Source: Fibrobacterota bacterium (lineage in GTDB: Bacteria > Fibrobacterota > Fibrobacteria > UBA11236). Taken from it: a stretch of 64,000 nt of DNA. The position numbers and the translations under genes were made by a program. Below are positions 48,046 through 59,703 of the stretch, piece by piece. Below the pieces are notes generated by a model. That model was not told where the DNA came from. It made no database searches and saw only the letters and a program-made list of their open reading frames with translations. Position 1 is the stretch's first letter; each line of letters opens with the position of its first letter. The DNA lies in the NCBI GenBank assembly GCA_947466585.1, contig CANIEU010000005.1, positions 64,412 through 128,411 on the forward strand, given 5' to 3'.

Positions 48046-49011
48046 TTGATGATTAAGGTTGCACTGGACGCCATGGGCGGGGATAATGCCCCCGAAGCCG
48101 TGGTGGAGGGCGCAGTACTCGCAGCGCGCGAAGCGGCGGGGCGGTACGGTATTGTCCTGACGGGCCCCGAAGAGGTCGTCACTCCCCTGATCGCAAAATA
48201 CGGCGGGGCAGATCTCGGGATCGAAGTTTTTCATGCGCCCGATATCGTGGCCATGGACGACTCCCCGGCCGCCGTTTTGAAAACCAAACCCAATTCCGGT
48301 CTCGTCGCCTGCGTCGCCCTGCAAAAGGCCGGCAAGGTGCAGGCTAGCATATCCGCCGGCAACTCCGGTGCGATGATGGCCGCCTGTCTCATGATCCTGG
48401 GGCGCGTGGGTCAGATTTCCCGTCCTGCCATCGCCTGCGTAATGCCTTCGCTGAACAAGCCCACTGTGGTGCTCGATTGCGGCGCCAACGTCGACGAAAA
48501 GCCGGCCACACTGGTGCACTTCGGCATTTGCGGTTCCGTGTTCGCCGAAGCCGTTTTGGGACGTACCAACCCCAAGGTCGGCTTGCTGAACATGGGCGAA
48601 GAAGAGAAAAAGGGTCCCGAGACCCTGCAAGAAGCCCACCAACTGCTCAAGCAAGCTCCGCTGAACTTCACCGGCAACGTCGAAGGTCGCGACCTCCTCA
48701 AGGGCGAAGTCGACGTGGTGGTGACCCCCGGTTACACGGGCAATGTGGTGTTGAAGTTGATGGAGGGTTTTCACGAGTACCACCTCAGCCTGTTCGGACA
48801 GATCGACTCCCCCGCGGGCCGTCAGTTCGAAAACGACTGGGATTACTCGAACATCGGTGCGGCCTTGTTGCTCGGCCTCAATGGCGCGGGCCTCATCACC
48901 CACGGTCGTGCCGACGCCAAGGCCATCAAAAACGGTGTGGAAGCCGCGTATCAGCAGGCTGCTGCGGGCGTCGCCGAAAAAATTGCCGCGAAGCTGACAC
49001 AGGTCGCTTGA
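48046..49011 (+). CDS. plsX: phosphate acyltransferase PlsX
   Basis: 321 aa. N-terminus MMIKVALDAMGGDNAP. Confidence 0.9.
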   Translation: MMIKVALDAMGGDNAPEAVVEGAVLAAREAAGRYGIVLTGPEEVVTPLIAKYGGADLGIEVFHAPDIVAMDDSPAAVLKTKPNSGLVACVALQKAGKVQASISAGNSGAMMAACLMILGRVGQISRPAIACVMPSLNKPTVVLDCGANVDEKPATLVHFGICGSVFAEAVLGRTNPKVGLLNMGEEEKKGPETLQEAHQLLKQAPLNFTGNVEGRDLLKGEVDVVVTPGYTGNVVLKLMEGFHEYHLSLFGQIDSPAGRQFENDWDYSNIGAALLLGLNGAGLITHGRADAKAIKNGVEAAYQQAAAGVAEKIAAKLTQVA

Positions 49012-49077
49012 TTCGCTCGATTCCACGGTCGCCTGCGGGCGAACCGCGCGAGTCTTAAAAAATCCCGAAGGAGTATC

Positions 49078-50028
49078 ATGGGTGCCATCATCTCCGGCTT
49101 GGGAATCTCCCTTCCCGACAATGTGCTGACCAACGCCGATCTCGAGCGGATGGTGGACACCTCCGACGAATGGATTCTTACGCGCACCGGCATTCGTGAA
49201 CGGCGCATTCTTCCCAAAGACAGTCCTCTGCTGGCTTCCGATCTCGGAGCCGCCGCCGCCTTGCAGGCGTTGCAACGCGCCGGTGTTCGCGCCGATCAGG
49301 TCGGAGCGATTCTGGTAGGCGGTATCGTACCGGACATGCAGTTCCCGTCCACAGCGTGCATCATCCAGGAAAAAATCGGCGCCAAAAACGCCTTCGCGTT
49401 CGATATCACCGCCGCCTGCGCAGGGTTCGTCTACGGCGTGAACATGGCCTCGCTTCTGATCGACTCGGGACAGTGCGACCATGTGCTCGTGATCGGCGCG
49501 GAAACACTTTCACGCGCGGTCGACTGGACCGATCGCAACACTTGCATTCTCTTCGGGGACGCAGGCGCCGCCGCGGTGCTCAGCCGTGGCCCGAAGGATC
49601 GCGGCGTGATCCGCTCGTTGCTACGCAGTGACGGCGGCGCTGCCGATATTCTCAAGCTCGGCAATCTCGCGCACGGCACAGCATGCATCAACATGGACGG
49701 CAAGCACGTCTTCAAGCTTGCGGTCTCTGAAGTGTCGCGTGTGGTGGTGGACACGCTTGCGCTCGAAGGGCTGACAGCGGCCAACCTCGATCTGTTTGTC
49801 GCCCATCAAGCCAACGTGCGCATTCTCAACGCCATCGGCGAAAAGCTCGGCCTACCCGAAGAGAAGGTGATGGTGAACGTGCAGCGCTACGGGAACACCT
49901 CCTCGGCCTCCGTTCCGCTCGCCTTGTTTGAGGCGGAAGCGGAGGGCCGCCTCAAGCCCGGTATGCTCGTGGGCCTCGCCGCCGTGGGCGGCGGTATGGC
50001 GTGGGGATGCAATTTGGTGCGGTGGTGA
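49078..50028 (+). CDS. fabH: 3-oxoacyl-ACP synthase III
   Basis: 316 aa with the AACAGF active-site Cys region. Confidence 0.9.
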   Translation: MGAIISGLGISLPDNVLTNADLERMVDTSDEWILTRTGIRERRILPKDSPLLASDLGAAAALQALQRAGVRADQVGAILVGGIVPDMQFPSTACIIQEKIGAKNAFAFDITAACAGFVYGVNMASLLIDSGQCDHVLVIGAETLSRAVDWTDRNTCILFGDAGAAAVLSRGPKDRGVIRSLLRSDGGAADILKLGNLAHGTACINMDGKHVFKLAVSEVSRVVVDTLALEGLTAANLDLFVAHQANVRILNAIGEKLGLPEEKVMVNVQRYGNTSSASVPLALFEAEAEGRLKPGMLVGLAAVGGGMAWGCNLVRW

Positions 50029-50117
50029 TCCCACTGTAGCACCTGAACGCGGTATATTCCTTGAAATTCCATCGAATCCCAGAAAAGCACTGATACGCAA
50101 AAAGGATTTTTCCGGTC

Positions 50118-51029
50118 ATGAGCAAACGCATCCTTCTCTTTCCCGGCCAAGGTTCCCAATACCTCGGTATGGGCAAAAAACTTTCCGAATCCCATGCAGG
50201 CGCCAAGCGCATTCTTGACGAAGCGAATGCGGTGCTCGGATTCGATCTTTCCGACATTCTGTGGAACGGTCCCGAAGAGAAGCTGACCTCCACCGACAAT
50301 ACCCAGCCGGCATTGTTCACCGTGTCGATGATGGCGTATGAGTGGTTGAAGGAACATCATCTTTCGGCTGATTACGCCGCCGGTCATTCGCTCGGCGAAT
50401 ATTCTGCCCTGTGCGCGGCAGGTGTGTTCTCCTTCGCCGACGGCTTGCGTCTGGTGCGCCTGCGCGGCGAATTGATGGCCAAGGCCGGCGTGGCCAAACC
50501 CGGCGCCATGTCCGCCATTCTGGGGCTCGAGCGCGACAAGCTCGAAGAGGCGCTCGCGGGCGCGGCTTCCGCAGGCATCGTGGTTGCGGCCAACTTCAAC
50601 AGCACCACGCAAATCGTGATCTCGGGCGAAAGCGCAGCGGTGGAAGCCGCTGAAAAACTCTCCACCGAACTGGGCGCGAAAAAAGTGGTGCGTCTCGCCG
50701 TGAGCGGCGCGTTCCACTCGCCGCTGATGGGCTATGCCGTAGACGGATTGGGCGCTGGTCTCGAATCGGTGGCCTTCGCCGCGCCGAAGATTCCGATCAT
50801 CAACAACGTGGATGCACACACCGAAAGCGATCCCGCCGCGCTCAAGGATGGATTGCTCCGTCAGCTTACCTCGCCGGTGCGCTGGGTCGAATCGATGCAG
50901 TTCGCCGCCGCACAAGGCGTCACCGAAGGACTCGAAGTGGGCGCCGGCAAGGTGCTTATGGGTCTCTTGCGCGGCATCACGCGCGACATCAAGGTCACGC
51001 CGGTGGAGAATCCTGAGGACTTGGCTTAA
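50118..51029 (+). CDS. fabD: malonyl-CoA:ACP transacylase
   Basis: 303 aa with GHSLGEY. Confidence 0.9.
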   Translation: MSKRILLFPGQGSQYLGMGKKLSESHAGAKRILDEANAVLGFDLSDILWNGPEEKLTSTDNTQPALFTVSMMAYEWLKEHHLSADYAAGHSLGEYSALCAAGVFSFADGLRLVRLRGELMAKAGVAKPGAMSAILGLERDKLEEALAGAASAGIVVAANFNSTTQIVISGESAAVEAAEKLSTELGAKKVVRLAVSGAFHSPLMGYAVDGLGAGLESVAFAAPKIPIINNVDAHTESDPAALKDGLLRQLTSPVRWVESMQFAAAQGVTEGLEVGAGKVLMGLLRGITRDIKVTPVENPEDLA

Positions 51030-51047
51030 CTTTACCCGTACTCCTAG

Positions 51048-51104
51048 TCGTACTTCGTACTCGTAATCGATCTTCGTTTCGTAAAAACCGAGTACGAGTA
51101 CGAT
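51048..51104. repeat. heptamer-array hairpin (TCGTACT)x2 ... (AGTACGA)x2 between fabD and fabG
   Basis: TCGTACTTCGTACTCG (51048-51063) pairs with CGAGTACGAGTACGA (51089-51103), giving a 15-bp stem with a one-nt bulge and a 25-nt loop. Confidence 0.85.
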
Positions 51105-51126
51105 AAATTAGAGAGAGGATTTACAC

Positions 51127-51861
51127 ATGATCGACCTCAAAGGACAAACCGCTCTCGTCACCGGCGCCAGCCGCGGACTGGGCTACGCCATCGCGCACCG
51201 TCTCGCCACTCAGGGGGCCATCGTGCACCTGGTGGCACGGGGAGCCGCCGGGGTGGAGGAGGCCGCGCAAAAGATCGCTGCCGAAACCGGGGCGACCACG
51301 GTTGCACACGCGGCCGACATCGCCGACGCAGCGGCCGTACAGGGAGTTTTCGACGCAGTCCCCGATCTCGATATTCTCGTCAACAATGCCGGCATTACCC
51401 GCGACGGTTTGTTGATGCGCATGAAGGAGGAGGATTTTGACGAGGTGATCCGCGTCAATCTGCGTTCCGTGTTTTTATGCTCGCGTGCTGCAGTGAAGGC
51501 GATGATGAAGCGCCGTTACGGCCGCATCGTGAACCTCACATCCATTGTGGGGGTGCATGGTCAGGCGGGGCAGACCAATTACGCGGCCTCCAAGGCCGGT
51601 ATCATCGGGTTTACCAAAGCCACTGCCAAGGAAGTTGCGACACGCGGAATAACCTGCAACGCGATCGCCCCGGGTTTCATTGAATCCGACATGACCTCGG
51701 TCCTGAGCGAAGCCCAAAAGACCGGGATCCTGGCATCCATTCCGCAGGGACGCATGGGCCAACCCACAGAAATAGCCGACCTGACGGCCTACCTCTGTTC
51801 GCGGGAATCGGCCTATATTACCGGCCAGGTTCTCTCGATCGACGGGGGAATGGGGATTTAG
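51127..51861 (+). CDS. fabG: 3-oxoacyl-ACP reductase
   Basis: 244 aa. [12 protein letters not shown], and a YAASKAG catalytic tetrad region. Confidence 0.9.
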   Translation: MIDLKGQTALVTGASRGLGYAIAHRLATQGAIVHLVARGAAGVEEAAQKIAAETGATTVAHAADIADAAAVQGVFDAVPDLDILVNNAGITRDGLLMRMKEEDFDEVIRVNLRSVFLCSRAAVKAMMKRRYGRIVNLTSIVGVHGQAGQTNYAASKAGIIGFTKATAKEVATRGITCNAIAPGFIESDMTSVLSEAQKTGILASIPQGRMGQPTEIADLTAYLCSRESAYITGQVLSIDGGMGI

Positions 51862-51871
51862 GGGGGCGCCT

Positions 51872-52001
51872 ACAGCGGACAGCGGACAGCGGACAGCTTA
51901 CAGCCAACTCCCGGACAAAACCTGCTTCAAGGCAGGCTTCCGGGGGAAAGTTTTTGTTGTTCACTGTTCACTGTACGCTTTACGCTGTAAGCTCATCGCT
52001 C
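51872..52001. repeat. heptamer-array element (KACAGCS)x5 ... terminator-like hairpin ... (CRCTKTW)x6 in the fabG-acpP spacer
   Basis: TACAGCG-GACAGCG-GACAGCG-GACAGCT-TACAGCC spans 51872-51906. A spacer containing CCCGGA..TCCGGG / CCTGCTTCAAGGCAGG hairpins is followed by GTTTTTGTT. Degenerate inverse units (CACTGTT, CACTGTA, CGCTTTA, CGCTGTA...) span 51960-52001, ending 37 nt before the acpP ATG. Confidence 0.8.
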
Positions 52002-52037
52002 TTTGCTATACTTTTCCAACCTTTCAAGGAGAATCAA

Positions 52038-52274
52038 ATGTCCGACGACATGCTGCAGAAAATCACCAAGGTGATCGTTGAAAAATTGGGTGTCACCGAA
52101 GACAAGGTGAAGCCCGAAGCCGCCTTTGTGGAAGACCTCGGCGCCGACTCTCTCGACCAAGTCGAGTTGGTCATGGCTCTCGAAGACGAGTTTGATCTCG
52201 AGATTCCCGACGAAGACGCGGAGAAGCTCAAGAAAGTGGGAGACGTCATCTCCTACATCTCGTCGAAGAGCTAA
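52038..52274 (+). CDS. acpP: acyl carrier protein
   Basis: 78 aa counted from ATG 52038, preceded by an [25 protein letters not shown] phosphopantetheine site. Confidence 0.9.
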   Translation: MSDDMLQKITKVIVEKLGVTEDKVKPEAAFVEDLGADSLDQVELVMALEDEFDLEIPDEDAEKLKKVGDVISYISSKS

Positions 52275-52298
52275 GGTTTTTCGCCTTCCTTCGGTTCA

Positions 52299-52345
52299 AT
52301 ACGGGCACTGCGCGCAAGCGGCGGTGCCCGTATTGCGTTGAAGGG
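52299..52345 (+). terminator. stem-loop downstream of acpP (putative terminator/attenuator)
   Basis: AATACGGGCAC-(15 nt)-GTGCCCGTATT: a perfect 11-bp stem followed by only a weak T-run (GGGTTTTC). Confidence 0.5.
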
Positions 52346-52376
52346 TTTTCACGATTCCTTCACGAAAATCTTTTCG

Positions 52377-53129
52377 ATGCTTTCCTTTCTGAAAAACCTT
52401 TTTCGCGCCGGTACTCCCGGCTGGAAGCGTCCCGCGCGCCTTGAAAAGGTCATGGATTACCGCTTCAGCGATCCGCGCCTGCTCAAGATGGCGCTGTCGC
52501 ACCGCTCCTGGGTGAACAACGTCACGCGCGGTTCCCGACCTCCTTCCAATGAACGACTGGAGTTTTTGGGCGACAGCGTGATGAACGCCATCATCACCGA
52601 TACGCTGTATCGACGCTTTCCCGATTGCGACGAGGGCGAACTTTCCAAAATGAAATCGCTCGTGGTCAGCGCCAAGGTGCTGATCCCCTGTGCGGCGCTG
52701 CTCGACTTGGGCGAATACATGCTGCTCAGCAAATCCGAAGAAAAGTCGGGCGGGCGCACGCGTCCCAGCATTCTCGCAGACGCTTACGAAGCCATGCTCG
52801 GTGCGGTTTATCTCGACGGCGGTTACGAAGCCGTGCGCACCTTGATGAAGCGCACGCTCATCCAGATCATGGACGAGATTTTGCTCGACGCCAGCTTGGC
52901 CAATTATAAAAGCCTGTTGCTCGAATTCACCCAGTCGCGCGGGCTCGGCACGCCGCATTACGACGTGATCCGCGCCAGCGGTCCCGAACACCGCAAAGCC
53001 TTCGTAGTCGCCGCGATTGTGCGCGGCGAAGAGTGGGGGCGCGGTGCCGGCGGCACCAAGAAAGAAGCGGAGCAGGCCTGCGCCCGCGCCGCCCTCGAAA
53101 ACCGCGGCGCCTTGTTGGAGTCGGGTTAG
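52377..53129 (+). CDS. rnc: ribonuclease III
   Basis: 250 aa counted from ATG 52377. RNase III signature ERLEFLGDSV, with a C-terminal dsRBD. Confidence 0.85.
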   Translation: MLSFLKNLFRAGTPGWKRPARLEKVMDYRFSDPRLLKMALSHRSWVNNVTRGSRPPSNERLEFLGDSVMNAIITDTLYRRFPDCDEGELSKMKSLVVSAKVLIPCAALLDLGEYMLLSKSEEKSGGRTRPSILADAYEAMLGAVYLDGGYEAVRTLMKRTLIQIMDEILLDASLANYKSLLLEFTQSRGLGTPHYDVIRASGPEHRKAFVVAAIVRGEEWGRGAGGTKKEAEQACARAALENRGALLESG

Positions 53130-53142
53130 TCCCGTCGCCGGC

Positions 53143-53997
53143 ATGGGCGCGCGTCCCTGGCGGATACTGATCGACGGGCGTCTTTCCGGAGCCCGCAACA
53201 TGGCCGTGGATGCGGCCATCCTGCGTGCCGTTGAGGCCGGAGAGTCACCACCGACCCTGCGCTTTTACGGATGGTCGCCCTGGTGCGTCAGCTTGGGGCA
53301 TTTTCAAAAACCAGAACGTGAACTCGATGCTGCGGCTCTACGGGAGGGCGGCTGGGATTTTGTGACGCGCCCGACGGGCGGCCGTGCGGTGCTGCATGCC
53401 GAAGAGATCACCTATTCGATTCTCGCACGTAAGGACGAGGCACCCTGGTGCGAAACGTTGGCGGTGTCCTACGAGCGCATCGGTTCCGCCTGGGCCGCCG
53501 CGCTCGACGGCTTCGGCCTCGATATGGTGCGAGGCGTATCCGGTATGTCCGACGAATTTGCGCCGCTGCGCGAAGGCGATTCGCCCGCGCCGCCGTGTTT
53601 CGCTTCCTCCGCACGTTCGGAACTCGCCTTCGGGGCACGCAAGGTAGTGGGGTCGGCACAGCGTCGTACGCGCGAAGCCTTTGTGCAGCACGGTTCCATT
53701 CCCGTCACACCCGATCACGAACGATTGGTGGAAGTTCTTCCTCTGGATGCTGCGGGGCGGAGCGAATACCTCCGTGTTCTGCGTACGCACGCCATTTCCC
53801 TCGGCGAAATTACCGCCCTGCCAGGCGCAGTGGATTCGGTGGACTGGACCGTTTGGGAACGGCGCATGGCCGCGACCCTTTTGGTCGAACTCGGAGTCAC
53901 CGGTTCGGAAGGCGCGCTGACTGCTGAAGAATCCGCCTTCGCCGACCGGCGCGAAGCGGAGCACCGGGACAAGCAGCGGGTGTTTTTAGGAGAGTAG
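53143..53997 (+). CDS. lipoate-protein ligase / octanoyltransferase family protein (BPL_LplA_LipB)
   Basis: 284 aa counted from ATG 53143. LplA/LipM-like catalytic domain (RPTGGRAVLHAEEITYS, KVVGSAQRR). Confidence 0.7.
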   Translation: MGARPWRILIDGRLSGARNMAVDAAILRAVEAGESPPTLRFYGWSPWCVSLGHFQKPERELDAAALREGGWDFVTRPTGGRAVLHAEEITYSILARKDEAPWCETLAVSYERIGSAWAAALDGFGLDMVRGVSGMSDEFAPLREGDSPAPPCFASSARSELAFGARKVVGSAQRRTREAFVQHGSIPVTPDHERLVEVLPLDAAGRSEYLRVLRTHAISLGEITALPGAVDSVDWTVWERRMAATLLVELGVTGSEGALTAEESAFADRREAEHRDKQRVFLGE

Positions 53998-54088
53998 GGA
54001 AGAGCAAGGGGTTCGTTGGTCCCTTGGTCCGTTTTTCAGTCGGTCAGGTTCGTGGCCTTCTGAAATAAGGATCACTGACAGACTTCCC

Positions 54089-54319
54089 TTAGTCAAGTCC
54101 CAACTCGTCCAACCGCTCTTCCACACCGGTTTCGGAAAAGAGCGCACTGAGGTTTGGGTCATCGGAATCGACGTCGCCGTCTTCCGCCAAAAAAGAGTGA
54201 CGGCTGCGATGTTCGGTTTTCAGGGAGCGGTTCGGATCGTTGGCCGCATCTTTTTCGGGAAGATCTTCGTTTGCATCGTCATCACGGGGTTCGGGTGCAG
54301 GTAGTTTGGGCTGTTTCAT
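54089..54319 (-). CDS. small acidic hypothetical protein
   Basis: 76 aa with pI far in the acidic range (Asp/Glu-rich). Codon third-position GC is consistent with coding. Divergent from the XPB gene. Confidence 0.4.
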   Translation of the reverse strand: MKQPKLPAPEPRDDDANEDLPEKDAANDPNRSLKTEHRSRHSFLAEDGDVDSDDPNLSALFSETGVEERLDELGLD

Positions 54320-54660
54320 GGTGGTCTCCGGTTCCGGGGAACAACGGGTTCTTCACTCCGAATATACGCCCTTCGCCGGGTGCAGGGTGGGGATGAAAAA
54401 TCCGATGTCGGTTCGCTGTCTCGCAAACGAAAGGTCAATCCGGGGAGGAGACCGAAAAGGGCTTTGCGTTCAAATCCAGCGGATTCGATCGGATGGGAAG
54501 CGGGTCGGCGCAAGCACCCCGAACGGAGGGCGGACGGCAGGGACTTCCTCGCCTTAACTTCGCCCGTACTTTACCCTAACCTTCCCAAATACCGTTGGTT
54601 AGGAATTTGGTTCCTGCGGCTCGAAAGAGTTAAATTTCCCCAATTCCCGAGGTATCGCTT

Positions 54661-56451
54661 TTGCAAGAATCTCCCGTCGCGCCCGCTCCAGAAACTCCCT
54701 CCACTGCAGGCTTGCCCTTGATCGTTCAGGGCGATATGACCGTGCTGCTCGAGGTCAACCACCCGATGCACGATGAGGCCCGCGATGCGATCGCCCCGTT
54801 TACGGAGCTGGTCAAGAGTCCGGAGCACGTGCACACCTACGCGATCTCCCATTTGTCCCTGTGGAATGCGGCGTCGGCCGGGCACAGCTCGACCGAGGTG
54901 TTGACCATTTTGCGTGGGTTGTCGCGGTACGCGTTGCCCGCCAACGTGGTTTTCGAGATCGAGAGCTTCATGGACCGCTACGGCATGGTGCGCTTGCGCC
55001 GCGTGCCCGAAGGCCTCGTGCTCGAAGCGGATGATGCCGGGCTGCTCGCCGAGATTTGCAAGCATCGCGAAGTGGCGCTGCATTTGGCCGATCCGGCAGA
55101 GAGCGAGCCGGTGTCGCAGCCCGAGACGGGTTCGCGCGTACTGCTTCTGCCTCATGCCCGCGGTCCGGTGAAGGTCGCGTTGACCCAGATCGGGTTTCCT
55201 GCAGAAGATTTGGCCGGTTATGCCGAAGGCCATCCGCTCAAGGTTTCCCTGCGCGAGACCACGCTCGACGGCAAACCCATGGGGTTGCGCGATTATCAAG
55301 ATGCCGCTTCGCGCGTGTTCCATGCCGGCGGTTCGGAAAAGGGCGGCTCCGGCGTGATCGTGTTGCCTTGCGGTGCCGGCAAAACCGTGGTGGGCTTGGC
55401 GACCATGGTGCGCTGCCAGTGCCATACGCTAGTGCTGACCACCAACGTCACGGCGGCACGCCAGTGGATCCGCGAGATTCTCGACAAGACCACGCTGACG
55501 TCCGACCAGGTGTCGGAGTATACCGGCGACAGCAAGACCATCGCGCCGGTGACCGTGGCCACCTACCAGATTCTGACCTACCGCAAACGCAAGACCGAAG
55601 AGTATCCGCATTTCGGCATCTTCGCCCAAAATTCTTGGGGCCTCATCCTGTATGATGAGGTGCACCTGTTGCCCGCGCCGGTGTTCCGCATTTCGGCGGA
55701 TATGCAAGCCACGCGCCGCCTCGGCCTTACGGCCACGCTGGTGCGCGAAGACGGCAAGCAGAAGGAAGTCTTCTCGCTCATCGGCCCCAAGCGCTTCGAG
55801 GTTCCCTGGAAGCAGTTGGAGGCGCAGGGCTGGATCGCCACGGCGATCTGCACCGAGATCCGCGTACCGCTGCGCAATAGCGAGCGCCTGACCTACGCGT
55901 TGGCCGACTTGCGCGAAAAGACCATGCTGGCTTCCACCAACCCCGAGAAAATCGCGGTGGTGCGTGAGCTGCTCAACCGTCACAAGAACGACCGCGTGCT
56001 CATCATTGGGCAGTATCTCAGCCAGCTCGATCTCTTGCGCGATCTACTCGGCTTTCCGCTCATCACCGGTTCGACGCCGAATTCGGAACGTGAGCGCTTG
56101 TTCGGAGCCTTCCGTTCCGGTGAGATCACCACGCTGATCGTTTCGAAGGTCGGTAACTTCGCCGTCGATATCCCTGACGCGAACGTGTTGATTCAGGTTT
56201 CGGGTACCTTCGGAAGCCGTCAGGAAGAGGCCCAGCGCCTCGGCCGCGTGCTGCGTCCCAAGGCCAACGGCTCGCTGGCCCACTTTTACACGCTGATCAC
56301 CCGCGACACCAAGGAGCAGGAGTTCGGCATGAACCGCCAGTTGTTCCTGATCGAACAAGGTTACAGCTACGACGTACGGGAGTGGAAGGACTTTCTGGTG
56401 AACGGGGAGACGGATGCGCCTGGAGAAACGGTCGCTCCGGAAAACCCGTAA
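54661..56451 (+). CDS. XPB/Ssl2 (ERCC3-like) superfamily-2 DNA helicase
   Basis: 596 aa (TTG start as listed, so the start is uncertain). Motif I VLPCGAGKT, motif II DEVH, an XPB-specific RED motif (TATLVREDGKQ), and a C-terminal RecA2 domain. Confidence 0.8.
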   Translation: MQESPVAPAPETPSTAGLPLIVQGDMTVLLEVNHPMHDEARDAIAPFTELVKSPEHVHTYAISHLSLWNAASAGHSSTEVLTILRGLSRYALPANVVFEIESFMDRYGMVRLRRVPEGLVLEADDAGLLAEICKHREVALHLADPAESEPVSQPETGSRVLLLPHARGPVKVALTQIGFPAEDLAGYAEGHPLKVSLRETTLDGKPMGLRDYQDAASRVFHAGGSEKGGSGVIVLPCGAGKTVVGLATMVRCQCHTLVLTTNVTAARQWIREILDKTTLTSDQVSEYTGDSKTIAPVTVATYQILTYRKRKTEEYPHFGIFAQNSWGLILYDEVHLLPAPVFRISADMQATRRLGLTATLVREDGKQKEVFSLIGPKRFEVPWKQLEAQGWIATAICTEIRVPLRNSERLTYALADLREKTMLASTNPEKIAVVRELLNRHKNDRVLIIGQYLSQLDLLRDLLGFPLITGSTPNSERERLFGAFRSGEITTLIVSKVGNFAVDIPDANVLIQVSGTFGSRQEEAQRLGRVLRPKANGSLAHFYTLITRDTKEQEFGMNRQLFLIEQGYSYDVREWKDFLVNGETDAPGETVAPENP

Positions 56452-56480
56452 TTATGGAAGCAGAAACCGGTGCAGCCCGA

Positions 56481-58131
<1,651 letters not shown>

Positions 58132-58135
<4 letters not shown>

Positions 58136-59652
58136 AGTCCCATCTGCCGTTCGGTTTTCGTTGTGGACGCGCGCTGTCGATGGCCCTCGCCTTGGTGGGA
58201 ACGTTCGTCCTTGCAAACTCTGTTTCGGCGAAGAGTCCCGGAAAATCCGGTTCTCCTCAGGGGATCCCGACCCACTACTCCGGCATTTCCATTCCGGTGG
58301 ATGTGTATGAGCCGCCCTATCCGGGCGATGCGCGTGTGATGCTCTCCGGTTGCGCGACGGCCTATCTGGTGCCCGATAGTACGCTCGACCTGGTGCGGCT
58401 GTTTGTCTACGCTCCCGGCCCCATGCTGCCGGCAAAGCCGCAGGATGCCGTGCGCCAGCGGTTTTACTCCGCACTACTCGGCGACGGTGGCACGCGATCG
58501 CTCACACCGGCGCGCCTGCAAGACAGTCTGGAGTTCATTGCGGCCTCACTCGATGCGGGGCGCGGAGCCTGGCAGGGGGACGCCTCCTTTGACGCGCTCA
58601 GCAAGGACGCCGATGCGATGCTGGGTTTGCTCGCCGACGTGCTTTTGCAACCCCGCTTCGACGGTGAGATTTTCAAGGTCACGCAGCGCGGCATGCTGGA
58701 AGGCAACAAGCACCGCTATTCCACGCCGGGTAGCGTTTTGGGTGCGGCCACCGAGCGCGTGCTCTTCGGCAGCCATCCCGTGAACTGGGGCGTCACGGAT
58801 GCGGAGATTTTGTCGGCCACGCCGCAGTCGCTTAAACCGATGGCGGGTTCCGGATTCGCACGCAACCGACTCGTGCTCGGTGTCGCAGGCCGTTTCGACC
58901 GCGCACAAATGATCCGCAAGCTGGAAGCCTTTGTGGCGAAGTTTCCCCTGGCCGATTCGGTTTCTGCCGTGCCGCCATTTCGCGGCTCGCAGGCACCCGG
59001 GGTGTATCTCGTCGACAAGCCCTTTACGCAAGCTTCGATCCGCATGGCCGCGCCCGGCGTGCAACGTCCGCATCCCGATTACTACCGCTTGCTGGTGGCC
59101 AGCGAGATTTTCGGCGGAGGCAGCTTCACGTCGCGCCTGTCGCAAAAGGTGCGCAGCGACGAAGGCCTAGCCTACAGCGTCAGCAGCGACGTGCAGAGCG
59201 ATTACAACCGCCGCGGTCTCGTGATTGCCGGTTTGCAGACCAAGGCCGCTACCGGCGCTTTCGCGATCCGCATTGTGCGCGACGAGATGCGCCGCATGGC
59301 CGCCGACGGCATTACCGACGAAGAGTTCGAGCGCGCCCGCGATGGCCTGCTCAAAAGCCTTCCGGCGCTGTTCGACTCGCCGGCTTCGACCGCACGCGTG
59401 TTCGCGCAGAGTGCGGCGTGGGGACGTTCCCCGGAACATTTCCGCGAATACCGCAAGGCGCTCGAGAACATGAAGCGCGCCGAAGTGGAAGACGCCTTCC
59501 GCCGCTACTTCGTGGCCGATTCATTGCGCATCGTGGTGGTGGGCCCCAAGGCGGAGCTGCTTAAAAAAGACGCGGCGCATGGCGGCGTATCGCTTTCCGA
59601 CTTCGGCAAGATCACGGAGATCACCGAGGCGGATTTGGACAAACGCGAGTAG
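58132..59652 (+). CDS. M16 family peptidase (non-catalytic-type partner subunit)
   Basis: 506 aa. Signal peptide, M16-like fold, no HxxEH motif. Confidence 0.7.
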
Positions 59653-59703
59653 TCGAAGCGCATCCCTTAACCAGCTTTTTTAAAGTTTTTTACGGAGAGA
59701 CCC

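Noticed and set aside
51954-52037. 28-codon N-terminal extension of acpP ([28 protein letters not shown])
   Set aside because: This is translation of the degenerate heptamer array. Canonical ACP starts at ATG 52038, which has an AAGGAG RBS.
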